DNA of 64,000 nt from Candidatus Woesebacteria bacterium (GTDB taxonomy: Bacteria; Patescibacteriota; Microgenomatia; UBA8517), in contig CP058602.1 in assembly GCA_013426185.1 (NCBI GenBank), forward strand, positions 271,123-335,122, written 5' to 3'. The notes under the pieces are model-generated. The model searched no databases, was not told where the DNA came from, and worked only from the letters and a program-made list of their open reading frames with translations. A program made the translations under genes and the position numbers. Below, in pieces: positions 46,817 through 56,883 of the stretch; position 1 is the stretch's first letter; each line of letters opens with the position of its first letter.

Positions 46817-47310
46817 AATTTCAAAGACTTTCTAATAAATCTAAGAAAGACACAAAATCCTAAAAATATAGAAAAAAAGAATAAGGGCAAGTATAAAAGC
46901 AAAGATCTTTCAGATGGTAACAAGATACTGAAAAACATAGCCAAAACAAGGTATATAAAAAACTCAAATAGAAAGTTTTTAACAAGATAAAAAAGACCAG
47001 CAAATAAAAATGGCAAAACAAAATAAAACAGAAGGTATTTTTCTAGGTAAGGCCTGAAATCCAAAGGATAAGCTGCTTTATTGAGAAATTTGTTAAAAAA
47101 ATAGGCTCTTTTACCCATAAACAGACGCGAAGCCTTGAGATTAAACAAAAAACCAAGTTCGCTATTCAATAAATGGCTATCATTTTCCTGAATTATCTGT
47201 TTATCAAGATCGGGGATAAAAAGGATATTTCTGTCAAAATATTTAAGAGAAAGGTAAATTCCCAAGAAAAATAAAAAAATAATAAGTAAATATGAGATTT
47301 TTTTATTCAT
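46813..47310 (-). CDS. Small membrane protein, possibly a truncated GT-C paralog
   Basis: 165 aa with several TM segments; LPFLFAGLFYL resembles the C-terminal half of its neighbours. Confidence 0.55.
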   Translation of the reverse strand: MNKKISYLLIIFLFFLGIYLSLKYFDRNILFIPDLDKQIIQENDSHLLNSELGFLFNLKASRLFMGKRAYFFNKFLNKAAYPLDFRPYLEKYLLFYFVLPFLFAGLFYLVKNFLFEFFIYLVLAMFFSILLPSERSLLLYLPLFFFSIFLGFCVFLRFIRKSLKL

Positions 47311-48050
47311 CTAAATCTTCTATCCCTCTTAATGCCAAGACGATGGAGGTAATAAAAAAAGATAGTCAAAAATCCCTCTAAAACAAATTTAGAGCCTTTC
47401 CAAAATCTAATAGAAGAAGCTTTTTCGTGGTATCGAGTTGGAATGGGAATCTCGCCAATTCTAAAACCATAACTTAAAGCTGAGATTGTCATTTCCTGAT
47501 CAAAGACAAAATCATTAGAAAAACGTTGAAAAGGAACTTTCCTTAAAAGCTTGGCGCTATACGCCCTAAAACCTGAAAAATGCTCAGTAAAATTAACTCC
47601 CAAAAGAATATTCTGAATAAAACAAACTATTCTATTGACATAATATTTAAGAGGAGGCATTCCCCCTTCAAGAGCTCCCTTTTTTGTGGCAATACGGCTA
47701 CCAAACATAAAATCATACTTTCCATCAAGAATTGGCTGAACAAGGTAAGGAATCATTGTCGCATCATATTGATAATCAGGATGAAGCATTACAACAACAT
47801 CTGGCTTTAATTTCAGAGCTTCCCAATAACAAGTCTTTTGGTTTCCACCATAACCTAAATTATTAGGGTGAGCAAAAACTTTAATACCAAGTTTTTTTGC
47901 TACTTTTGTCGTATCATCTGAACTATTATCATCAACCAGAATAACATGCTTCCTATACTCAAGAGGAGTCTCGCGATAGGTATCTTCTACAGTTTTTGCC
48001 GCATTGTAAGCGGGCATAACAATAACTACTTTTCCAGTTTTTTTACTCAT
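47307..48050 (-). CDS. GT2 polyprenol-phosphate glycosyltransferase (DPM1-like)
   Basis: VMPAYNAA, VDDNSSD, NLGYGGNQK, HPDYQY, GSR, HFSGFRAY, FVFD.E, IPIPTRY. Confidence 0.88.
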   Translation of the reverse strand: MSKKTGKVVIVMPAYNAAKTVEDTYRETPLEYRKHVILVDDNSSDDTTKVAKKLGIKVFAHPNNLGYGGNQKTCYWEALKLKPDVVVMLHPDYQYDATMIPYLVQPILDGKYDFMFGSRIATKKGALEGGMPPLKYYVNRIVCFIQNILLGVNFTEHFSGFRAYSAKLLRKVPFQRFSNDFVFDQEMTISALSYGFRIGEIPIPTRYHEKASSIRFWKGSKFVLEGFLTIFFYYLHRLGIKRDRRFR

Positions 48051-49708
48051 TTCTTATATGATTCTTTAATCAAAATAGGTCTTGTGCCTATTCTAAAATT
48101 AATAACCTTATAATCAGATATGATATCCTTAAGTATAACAAAATCACCAATAAACAAACAACGACCGCTACAACTTTCAATAAAGAAATCTAGATCTTTA
48201 TTTGGCACATCAACAATAAAAATATTATCAAAATTTCTAACCCAAAATCCTTTAATCTTGGGGTTTTCCTGATTCTGCCTCTGAACCTCCTTTGGATCTA
48301 CTTTTCCATAAACCTCATAAGCATACTCTATATTTTCTATACTTTTTGACAAAAAGACATAATCATATTTATTCTTAACTTTTGAAACAAACTCAAAAAC
48401 ATCTCTCGCTTGATATGACCATAAATCAGCATTTTTATAAGGCAAAAGAAAATTAGCACGGGCAAATCCCAAAGCCAATTGGAAAAATACCAAAAAGCAA
48501 ACTGCAAATAAACCAAGCCTCGCCAAAACATTTTTCCTCTTCTCAAACAGTTGATAAAAACCCAAAGCACTAATTAACAAAAGCGGTGGAAGCATAAAAC
48601 TATTGCGCAAAGCATGTTCTTCCAAAAGCAAAAAAGAACCAAGAGGTGCAATAAAAAGCCAGGAAAAAATAAACAAAAACGGCTTAAAATTCTTGGTCTT
48701 AAACACCATAAAAGCAAAAGCTAAAACACCCAAAAAAATAAGCAAAAAATCAGCATAATACATTTGCCCAAATTCAAACAGATTGTGTTTGGGATTTTTG
48801 TCTCCAGAAATAAAAAGAAAATCCGGCGAGAAGTTGTTCAAATAAGCACCTATTAAAAGATTGAAATAATAAAAAGCCTTATTAGAAAGTAAAAATTCAA
48901 TTTTTTCTGGCAGTTTTACCAGACCTCTCTCCCAAGCAACTTCTGAAGTAATTTCATCTTTTACATCCTTTCTTGAAAAAACGTTAATAGAAAGAAATCT
49001 TTCTTCAGAAAATCCTTTAAAGGTTTCATTGAGAGAAAGAGCAATAGCGAAAAAACCAAGAAAAATTGAAATTAAGATAGGAAAAAAACTTTTCTTGTCT
49101 TTTAAAGAAACTTTTAAATCTTCAAAAACATAAAAAAACAAAAATGGCAAGAAAAGAAAAAGAACCAACTTATAAACTGGATAAGTGTGGATAGACAACC
49201 CCCAAGATAAAGAAAAAACCACATACAACCAAGGTCTACCTTTTGAATAAAGCAAAGAGGCCACACCCAAAAGAGCCAAAAAAAGAGCAAAATGCGCTTC
49301 AAATCCAACCCGCGACAAGGAGATATCCCAAAAAGAAACAGCAGTAAACAAAGAAGCTATAAGGCCTATTCTTTCGTTGAAAAGCTTTTTGCCAAGAAAA
49401 TAAATTAAAATTATTATCCCTAAACCCGATAAAAAAGATAAAAACCTTACTCCCCAAGCTGTAGGGCCAAAAATAGCCACGAAGGGAATACTAAAATAAA
49501 CATATCCAGCTGGTCTACCAGCACCCATTTTGAAGGTTAGAGGTAAAAAATTACCAAGCTGGTCTTTACCAGTTCTCAATAAAGAATAAGAATCATAAAC
49601 CATAGTCAACTCGTCGCCATAAAGTGGAAGATTGGCCAATTTATAAAACCTGAGGCAAAAACCAATAAAAAGGATCAAGACCAAGACAAGCAAACTTTTT
49701 TTATTCAT
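48047..49708 (-). CDS. ArnT/GT83-GT39-like membrane glycosyltransferase
   Basis: LYGDELTMVYDSYSLLRTGKDQLG, SRVGFEA, HALR. Confidence 0.82.
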   Translation of the reverse strand: MNKKSLLVLVLILFIGFCLRFYKLANLPLYGDELTMVYDSYSLLRTGKDQLGNFLPLTFKMGAGRPAGYVYFSIPFVAIFGPTAWGVRFLSFLSGLGIIILIYFLGKKLFNERIGLIASLFTAVSFWDISLSRVGFEAHFALFLALLGVASLLYSKGRPWLYVVFSLSWGLSIHTYPVYKLVLFLFLPFLFFYVFEDLKVSLKDKKSFFPILISIFLGFFAIALSLNETFKGFSEERFLSINVFSRKDVKDEITSEVAWERGLVKLPEKIEFLLSNKAFYYFNLLIGAYLNNFSPDFLFISGDKNPKHNLFEFGQMYYADFLLIFLGVLAFAFMVFKTKNFKPFLFIFSWLFIAPLGSFLLLEEHALRNSFMLPPLLLISALGFYQLFEKRKNVLARLGLFAVCFLVFFQLALGFARANFLLPYKNADLWSYQARDVFEFVSKVKNKYDYVFLSKSIENIEYAYEVYGKVDPKEVQRQNQENPKIKGFWVRNFDNIFIVDVPNKDLDFFIESCSGRCLFIGDFVILKDIISDYKVINFRIGTRPILIKESYKK

Positions 49709-49734
49709 AGTCTAAGTATAATATAATAGCTTAA
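49709..49734. promoter_or_regulatory. Back-to-back divergent -10 elements in a 26-bp spacer
   Basis: TATAAT (+, 49722-49727) 7 nt before ATG 49735; TATACT (-, 49715-49720) 6 nt before ATG 49708. Confidence 0.6.
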
Positions 49735-51714
49735 ATGTTTCTGGTAAATACACTTTTTTTTCTTTTTATCTCTTTTGTTTTTTTCCTAAACCCGGGGCTT
49801 TTAATCTTAAGACTTTCAAAAGTTAAAAAGATAGGTTTTGAGGAGATATTAATATCATTTGTTTTTGGATTATGCCTTTATAACTTATCTTCCCTATTAT
49901 TCCATAATCTCGGCGTTCCTCATATTTTGCTAGCGTTTGTAATTATCGCCAATATAATTTTATTAAAACAAGGGCCACTTGTAACAAAAATACCCACTGC
50001 CAATAAAAAAACCTATATCTTATTTGCAATCTTAATTCTTGGTATCATAGGTCAACTTCTAGTAATATCTCCAAGCGGTATTAAAAATAAACAAGGAGAT
50101 ATGGTTTTTTACAGTTCAAATGGCCATGATGGAGCCTGGCATATAGCCATAATGAACGAGGTGCAAAAAAAATTCCCGCTTCAAAATCCAAGTTATGCCG
50201 GAGAAAAACTGACTAACTATCATTTCCTTTCAGATATTGCTCCATCTGATATTAACCTTTTTTTCAAACTAAACAAGACCGACCTCTACTTCAGATTTTT
50301 CCCTCTACTTTATTCCATATTGCTTGGTCTTTTAGCTTACTTTTTGGGGAAAATAATATCAAAAAGTGTAAACGGAGGTTTGTGGAGTGTTTTTTTTACC
50401 TATTTTGCGGGAAGCTTTGGCTATATCGTCACTCTAATAAGAGAAGGTAAAATCAGCGGGGAAAGTTTGTTCTGGAGCTCGCAGGTCCAAAGTGTATCAG
50501 GCAATCCACCTCAAGCTTTTGCTCTAACAATCATTCTTGCCATCCTCATCTCCATTCAAAAATATGGAAAGGACAAGAAAATAATTTGGCTATTAATGCT
50601 TACCGCGATGGCAACTTCCCTTTCTCTTATAAAAATATACGCTTTTATAGTTTTGGTGTTATCGCTGGGATTTTTATCTTTATACCAAATAATAAAAAGA
50701 AAAAACTACAAATATTTAATAGCAACAATCATAATAGGTGTTTTATCATTTTCAATCTACTTCTTAAGCACCTCAAATCCAATGGAATCAAAATCCTTTT
50801 TAATCTTTGAGCCATGGTGGTATATCAGAACAATGGTGGTAGAACCAAGTAGATTAAACTTACTTGACTGGGAGTTAAGGAGACAAACCTATTTATATGA
50901 AAGAAACTTCTTAAGAGTAATACAAATTGAATTTCAAAGTTTCATTATCTTCCTTATTGGAAACCTGGGAACAAGAATAATAGCCATTTATTGGCTAATC
51001 AAAGAAAGGAAAAAAATATTTTTAAATCAACTATACATAAACTTAATAATCATAATTCTGATTTCCCTAACATTCCCCCTATTTTTCATTCAAAAGGGAG
51101 TAGCAGGTAATACAATTCAGACTTTTCAATATGTTCTTTTGATAACAGGAATATTAGCAGGTGTTTCAACAGCAAAAATAATGGAAAAAATAAAAACTAA
51201 GATCCTAAAAATCTTCCTCGCTATATTAATTATTGTTGTTTCAATGCCAACTCAAGTTGCACTAATTTATGAATTCTATTCAAAACCACCAATAGCCAAA
51301 ATAAGTATAGGTGAAATAGAAGCTCTAAATTTCTTAAAAGAAAAAACATCAAAAGATTCAATCATCTTAACTCCTCTTTACAACCAATATTCAAAATTCA
51401 AAAACCAAAGTACACCCAAAATCTGGGCATGGTTTGATAGTTCTTATATTGCCGCTTTTTCAGAAAGAAAGACTTTCTTTTCCGACTTTGAACAGATGGA
51501 TATCATGGGTTATGACATAAACAAAAGAAGAAAAATAGTGCAAGAAATTCTTATGAGCCCGAACATAGACTTATTCAAAAATTTATTAATTGAAAACAAA
51601 ATAGATTATCTATATATTCCAAGGGAATTAAAAGACGAAATAAAGCTTTATCCCGAAGTTCTTAAAAAGGTATTTGAAAATAGTGAAGTAGAAATTTGGC
51701 AATTGAGAACCTAA
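49735..51714 (+). CDS. Large polytopic membrane protein, GT-C-like
   Basis: GHDGAWH loop, NYHFLSD, IKIY, C-terminal soluble domain ending IDYLY..VFENSEVEIW. Confidence 0.65.
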   Translation: MFLVNTLFFLFISFVFFLNPGLLILRLSKVKKIGFEEILISFVFGLCLYNLSSLLFHNLGVPHILLAFVIIANIILLKQGPLVTKIPTANKKTYILFAILILGIIGQLLVISPSGIKNKQGDMVFYSSNGHDGAWHIAIMNEVQKKFPLQNPSYAGEKLTNYHFLSDIAPSDINLFFKLNKTDLYFRFFPLLYSILLGLLAYFLGKIISKSVNGGLWSVFFTYFAGSFGYIVTLIREGKISGESLFWSSQVQSVSGNPPQAFALTIILAILISIQKYGKDKKIIWLLMLTAMATSLSLIKIYAFIVLVLSLGFLSLYQIIKRKNYKYLIATIIIGVLSFSIYFLSTSNPMESKSFLIFEPWWYIRTMVVEPSRLNLLDWELRRQTYLYERNFLRVIQIEFQSFIIFLIGNLGTRIIAIYWLIKERKKIFLNQLYINLIIIILISLTFPLFFIQKGVAGNTIQTFQYVLLITGILAGVSTAKIMEKIKTKILKIFLAILIIVVSMPTQVALIYEFYSKPPIAKISIGEIEALNFLKEKTSKDSIILTPLYNQYSKFKNQSTPKIWAWFDSSYIAAFSERKTFFSDFEQMDIMGYDINKRRKIVQEILMSPNIDLFKNLLIENKIDYLYIPRELKDEIKLYPEVLKKVFENSEVEIWQLRT

Positions 51715-51716
51715 TT

Positions 51717-52394
51717 CTACCTTTCCCTTCTTAAAAAATAAATAATTAAAGATGTTAACAAAAATAAAGTAGCAACAAAAAAGTAGAAAAAGGATGAATC
51801 TTGATAAAAACGACTAAACCAAGAGTTATAGATATCAATAACCAAAGAAAGCCGACTTTTGGGAGCAAAATAAAGTAAAAAGGAGATTGGTTTTTCAACC
51901 GGCATATCATTAATATAAAGACTACCCGCAAAATCTTGGGGCTCATTAGTCGTATAGACTTCATAAGCTTTTTCTTTACCAACCTCAAGAGTAGAAAGCT
52001 TAAATACATAACTAACTGAACGGGAATTGGGTATTTTGTCAAAAGTAAATATTACAATATCACCATCTTTAATCGAGCTGCCAGAAACTACAGATCTTCT
52101 TATTAGACCCCCTCTTGAATAAACTTCAAGAATAACATCCCCTTTACTTTGCAAATTAAAATTCCTGATACTAACACCAATGGCAGTCAGGTTATCTTGA
52201 GGTGAGATAAACTCTTGAGAAAGACTTTGTTCGTTAAACAATTTTTCACTACCAAAAAGTGGGGGTTGAAAAGAATAAGGAATATACCTCAAGCCCAAAC
52301 TCATAAATATGGGCGAGACAAAAACTAAAACCAAAAAAAAGCTTAATAAAAATAATAAAATCTTTACTTCTTTATGTAATTTATATTTTTCCAT
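51717..52394 (-). CDS. Hypothetical membrane-anchored protein with an extracytoplasmic beta-rich domain
   Basis: N- and C-terminal TM helices around a soluble domain (SQEF.SP.DNL..I). Confidence 0.65.
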   Translation of the reverse strand: MEKYKLHKEVKILLFLLSFFLVLVFVSPIFMSLGLRYIPYSFQPPLFGSEKLFNEQSLSQEFISPQDNLTAIGVSIRNFNLQSKGDVILEVYSRGGLIRRSVVSGSSIKDGDIVIFTFDKIPNSRSVSYVFKLSTLEVGKEKAYEVYTTNEPQDFAGSLYINDMPVEKPISFLLYFAPKSRLSLVIDIYNSWFSRFYQDSSFFYFFVATLFLLTSLIIYFLRRER

Positions 52395-53581
52395 AATAAG
52401 AATAAGGCCAAAGAACTAGAAGCTGTCTGTAACAAAGATTGCAAATAATATGAATTGTAAACCTTCTGGACAATAACAAAAGGATAAGGGATAAGACTAA
52501 AATACCTTGAAAAAAGTGAAAATAAAGATACTGTCATTTGTTTATCATCATAAAGAAACGGCAAGAAAAACATAACCAAAAACCATAAAACAGCAATAAA
52601 ATAATTTTCCTTATATTTAACTAAAAACAAAATAAGAAGCGGCAAAATCCAAACCAACCATTGTATATGGAAATGTATAAAACTTAAGACAACTACTAGT
52701 AATAGAAAAAAATAAAGTTCGATGCGCTTATCTAGGCGTGAAAGAAGATAAACAATAAAAATAATCAAAAATGGAATTATAATCCTCACACCAAAACCTA
52801 AATCAATAGAAGGAGCAAAAATTCTATTCATCAATCCTGAAGAAATAGCCCCACTAATAAAAGATTTCGAGAAAAACGGATAAGATAAAGACAGAAATGT
52901 TGCCAGAACAACTAAAAACATTTTAAGGAAATCGCCAAACTTATTTACTTTAAGGAAAATGATAGGTAATAAAAGCAGAGGATAAGCCTTAAAAAGAGAA
53001 CCCAAAACCAAGAAAAAACTTGATAAAACCAGCCTATCCTTCTTTGCCAAATACAAAGATAAAAGAACCAAGAAAGAAACAATAATATCAAAACCAGAAT
53101 AAGCATAAATAATAAAAATAGAAAATGGATTTAGAAGCCAAAGCGTAAACACTCTTGATTTCCTCTTCTTGTCATCAAAAAATGAAGCAAGGAGAAAAGC
53201 TGTCAGAACATCAAAAAATAAAAGTGGCAACTTAAGCAAAAAAATAAAGCGAAAAATTCTAAAATTTTCAACAGACTGCTGACTTGCATCCCAAAGCCAT
53301 TCTTTAAAACCGCTCCCCAATAGAGGTTTGATTAATACTTGATATGACCCCCAAAAAAGATAAGCGAGAGGTTGGTATACAAATTCCTCTCTAAAAGGCA
53401 GTTCTTGCTTTCTTTCATTTAAAAAGTCATAGATATTCAAAACTCCACTACTCAAAAAAGAGGATTGGAAATTGTATATTTTTATATCGGGGTGATACAA
53501 AAAGGGCATGATCAAAAGCCTCACCAATAAAGCAAAAACAAAAAGATACCGAGGAATGGGAATTTGGAAAAAGTCACGCAT
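52364..53581 (-). CDS. GT87/PIG-M-like membrane glycosyltransferase
   Basis: HPD, YQPLAY, KLP..FD, WLLNP, GFD, FKAYP, QWLVW motifs. Confidence 0.7.
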   Translation of the reverse strand: MRDFFQIPIPRYLFVFALLVRLLIMPFLYHPDIKIYNFQSSFLSSGVLNIYDFLNERKQELPFREEFVYQPLAYLFWGSYQVLIKPLLGSGFKEWLWDASQQSVENFRIFRFIFLLKLPLLFFDVLTAFLLASFFDDKKRKSRVFTLWLLNPFSIFIIYAYSGFDIIVSFLVLLSLYLAKKDRLVLSSFFLVLGSLFKAYPLLLLPIIFLKVNKFGDFLKMFLVVLATFLSLSYPFFSKSFISGAISSGLMNRIFAPSIDLGFGVRIIIPFLIIFIVYLLSRLDKRIELYFFLLLVVVLSFIHFHIQWLVWILPLLILFLVKYKENYFIAVLWFLVMFFLPFLYDDKQMTVSLFSLFSRYFSLIPYPFVIVQKVYNSYYLQSLLQTASSSLALFLLWKNINYIKK

Positions 53582-55247
53582 ATTTTTTCTTATTTAAAAA
53601 TAGATACAAACATAATAAAAACGACAAAAATGAAACCAAATCTAACAATTTATTCCTTAAAGTCTCATTATAAAAAACCTCAAGATCGTGCTCACCTTTT
53701 GCAACCGAGACTACAATCTGACCAAAAGGCTTGCCTGAGTCAATAGTAACCTCTTCCCCATCCAATTTTACCACCCAACCAGGAAAATAGTATCTTCTGA
53801 TATTGACATCTGTTTTGTCTTCAAAAACTTCTATCTTGGCTTTAAAATCAAGACTGTTATTTTCCTTAAAATCCTTAACTATAAAATTAGAACCAAATAG
53901 AATCGGCATCACCCTATCTGGCCTTAATTCTGTTAAAACAGGCAATCTTAGGTATTCTTCAGAGGTTTTTTTGTACTCCTCACTTGCCTCAGGAAGAGGT
54001 ATATAACGATTAAGATAATAGCCATCCTGTCTATTCAAATATTCACTTGGCTTAAAATAAGAGAAACCAAAATATAAAGATAGACAAATTAAAGAAAATA
54101 TCACAAGCTCCCTTATCTTTAACTTTTCAAAAGTTATGACAAAAATGGCAGAAGTAAAAATTACCAAAGTCAAAAACCGCCAAGGAAATTGGAAATAAGG
54201 TAAAAAGGGAAAATTCTGCCAAATAAAGCTTGATCTATGGTTAGTCATAAAAATAGAAGCAAAAAATACAATAAAAGACCAAATTAAGACTGAAGACTTG
54301 TCAAGAGAAAACTTCTTAAAATTACGAAAAAGCAAAAATATCGAAAGCACTAAAACTACAATCTGTGGCAGACCGATAAAAAATGACATACCATCATAAG
54401 GTCCGGGAACCGAGGCGCCATAACCAAAATAAGGAGTAATAAGCTGCTTAAAAGTGGGAAAGTGATCAGAATAATTAAATACTGTGTCGTACTTCATTAA
54501 TCTGATGTCAAGAATTGCTGGCACCCAAAAATAAGAAGAGGCAAGAAAACCCAATAGAAAAGTAAGCAAAAAGGGCTTAACGATCAGACGACCATGCTTT
54601 AGAAAAAGACCAAAAAAGACAAGAGACGACAAAGGTAAAAACATATAAGAGGTTATGTTGTGAGACAAAACTAAACAAAAAATAGACAAAGAAGCAATAG
54701 CAACCCATCGCCAATTAATTTTCTTTTTGTCTTCATCCAAAAGGGAGAAAAAAGAAAGTAAAACCAAAGGTAAAAAGACAAAAGCCAAAGATTCCCCGAT
54801 TGCTCCCCTTACATAGACATCTGTCGCTCGATATGGAGCATAAAGATAAATAGTTGCACCAAGAAGACTAAGATACTTGTCGGTAAACTTTTTTAGAAGT
54901 AAGTACATAGAAAAAAACGACAAAAATAAGCTTAAAGCAAGTACTATTTTTACGCTATTAACTAAGCTAAAACCTAAAAGATGAAAAACTTCACCCAGGT
55001 AAAATGGCAAGGGAAAAACAAAATTAAAAAGAGGGTAGCCAAAACCATAACTTAAGCTGGGAGTATATCTTGGGGGGAACTTGCCAGACCTAATTGCCTG
55101 GTCCATTTCATAAAGCCAAGCAATATGCATATCATCAGACACACCAAAATATCCTGGTTTTAAAAACAAAGCAAGAATAGAGGGCAAAGGAATCAAAAAA
55201 AGAACAAGCCAAAAATTATGATCTAAAAAATTTAAAAGCTTTTTCAT
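53574..55247 (-). CDS. YfhO/PTPS-related-domain membrane protein (GT-C-like)
   Basis: SDDMH, GFGYPLFNF, APYR..VYVRGAIGE, QFPWRFL, YFPGW. Confidence 0.78.
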   Translation of the reverse strand: MKKLLNFLDHNFWLVLFLIPLPSILALFLKPGYFGVSDDMHIAWLYEMDQAIRSGKFPPRYTPSLSYGFGYPLFNFVFPLPFYLGEVFHLLGFSLVNSVKIVLALSLFLSFFSMYLLLKKFTDKYLSLLGATIYLYAPYRATDVYVRGAIGESLAFVFLPLVLLSFFSLLDEDKKKINWRWVAIASLSIFCLVLSHNITSYMFLPLSSLVFFGLFLKHGRLIVKPFLLTFLLGFLASSYFWVPAILDIRLMKYDTVFNYSDHFPTFKQLITPYFGYGASVPGPYDGMSFFIGLPQIVVLVLSIFLLFRNFKKFSLDKSSVLIWSFIVFFASIFMTNHRSSFIWQNFPFLPYFQFPWRFLTLVIFTSAIFVITFEKLKIRELVIFSLICLSLYFGFSYFKPSEYLNRQDGYYLNRYIPLPEASEEYKKTSEEYLRLPVLTELRPDRVMPILFGSNFIVKDFKENNSLDFKAKIEVFEDKTDVNIRRYYFPGWVVKLDGEEVTIDSGKPFGQIVVSVAKGEHDLEVFYNETLRNKLLDLVSFLSFLLCLYLFLNKKKYA

Positions 55248-56883
55248 ATTTTATGAAAACAACCAACAAAAACAAACTTAAAAGTGAAATCCAATTAGAA
55301 ATTCTTCTAACTCGCGTGTCTACTAGCTTACCTTCAACCATATATTCACCTCTTGGCAAACTCACTACTACAAGACCTTTATCGCTTGTTTCATAATTCA
55401 AAAACTTATTACCTGATTTTACCTCCCAAACAGGAAAATTAAACACCGGCACTTCTACTTTCCCTTCCCTTTCCGCCTTAACCAAAAAACTCCAACTATC
55501 AGTCTTTCGATTAAAATTTGAAACAACAATACTGTCATCCACGCTAGATACCTGAAGAGGAGCTGGAGAATCTGGAACAAGAGCGCCAACAGGCAAATAG
55601 TCATTAATTGACCCTTTTTGCATTATTCTCAAGCTTTCGCCGCTCAACATCTCTTTGTCACTTGTTTTGAAAAATCTCTCGGGTCTAAAGTACCTATAAT
55701 TCAAGAAGATAGTCAGAAGAACCATAAAAATAAAAAACCACCTGAAGTTCTTCACACCCAAACCAGCAAGGCGCGATATAAAAAAACCTCCAATAATTGA
55801 TGAGGAAAAAATTGATAATGATAAAAATCTCCAAGGAAACTGAGTAAAACTTAAAATAGGAATTCTTTCCCAGATAAAAGCCGACTTATTGTGAATCATA
55901 AAAATTGAAAAGACAAAAACAAAAAACATAAAGAGAGAAAGCAAAAGACCTAAATCAAATTTCTTTTTCTTGACGATATAGAAAATTATGAATGGCAGAG
56001 ATAAAAATACAATGAACCAATGCGGCCAACCAATTTGAAAAGAGATAGTATCCTCCTTTTGAGGATTTGAAGCGCTATAATGCCAACTTCTATCCCAAAA
56101 AAGCTGACTAACTTTCACAAAATGAGCTCTAAAATTAAGTTCATCTTTGGTCATAGATTCTATCTGAACTAAATTTTTCTCAAAAAAGGCTGGCAAGAGA
56201 AAAAAACTTGAAACACCAAGGCTAATAAAAAGAGAGACTAACAAAATCTTTAGACCGAGTCCTTTTTTATAAAGATACACCAAGATCATCCAAATGATAA
56301 TTAACGGAGAAAAAAGCATCACCATAACATTGTGTGACAAAAAGAAAGAAGTTAAAGATATCACCAAACCCAAAAAATACTTTTTTTCTTTCTTTTGGGA
56401 CAATTTATAAACAAAATAAAAAATAAAAGGGACAAGAGAAATAGCAAAGATTTCAGCCAAAGCCCCCCTAACATAAACATCAAGAGCCCGATATGGAGCA
56501 TAGGTAAAAAGCACAGACGAGAAAATTGCTGCCCAAACTCCAAAAAATTCTTTTGTTAAAAGATACATCCCCAAAAAAGAAAGGATAAAGGTTAACAAAA
56601 AAAGAATTTTTACTGAAGTAATATAGCCAAAAACAAAACTCAAAAGCCCACCTAAATAATAGGCAAAAGGAGCATAATAATTAAAAAGAGGAAAACCATA
56701 GCCATAGCCCATATCAGGCACCCAACGGCAAGGAATCTGGAGATCAAGAAGACATTTTTTCATTTCGTAAACTCTAATCACCTGTAAATTATCATGATGA
56801 GTAAAGAAACCGGGAACAAAAAGAGGCCAAATTACAAAGATTAAGATCAAAAACAAAAGAAAGCTAAGAAGTTTTTTGCTCAT
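55216..56883 (-). CDS. YfhO/PTPS-related-domain membrane protein (GT-C-like)
   Basis: HHD, CRWVPDMGYGYGFPLFNYY, VYVRGALAE, QFPWRFL. Confidence 0.78.
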   Translation of the reverse strand: MSKKLLSFLLFLILIFVIWPLFVPGFFTHHDNLQVIRVYEMKKCLLDLQIPCRWVPDMGYGYGFPLFNYYAPFAYYLGGLLSFVFGYITSVKILFLLTFILSFLGMYLLTKEFFGVWAAIFSSVLFTYAPYRALDVYVRGALAEIFAISLVPFIFYFVYKLSQKKEKKYFLGLVISLTSFFLSHNVMVMLFSPLIIIWMILVYLYKKGLGLKILLVSLFISLGVSSFFLLPAFFEKNLVQIESMTKDELNFRAHFVKVSQLFWDRSWHYSASNPQKEDTISFQIGWPHWFIVFLSLPFIIFYIVKKKKFDLGLLLSLFMFFVFVFSIFMIHNKSAFIWERIPILSFTQFPWRFLSLSIFSSSIIGGFFISRLAGLGVKNFRWFFIFMVLLTIFLNYRYFRPERFFKTSDKEMLSGESLRIMQKGSINDYLPVGALVPDSPAPLQVSSVDDSIVVSNFNRKTDSWSFLVKAEREGKVEVPVFNFPVWEVKSGNKFLNYETSDKGLVVVSLPRGEYMVEGKLVDTRVRRISNWISLLSLFLLVVFIKYEKAFKFFRS

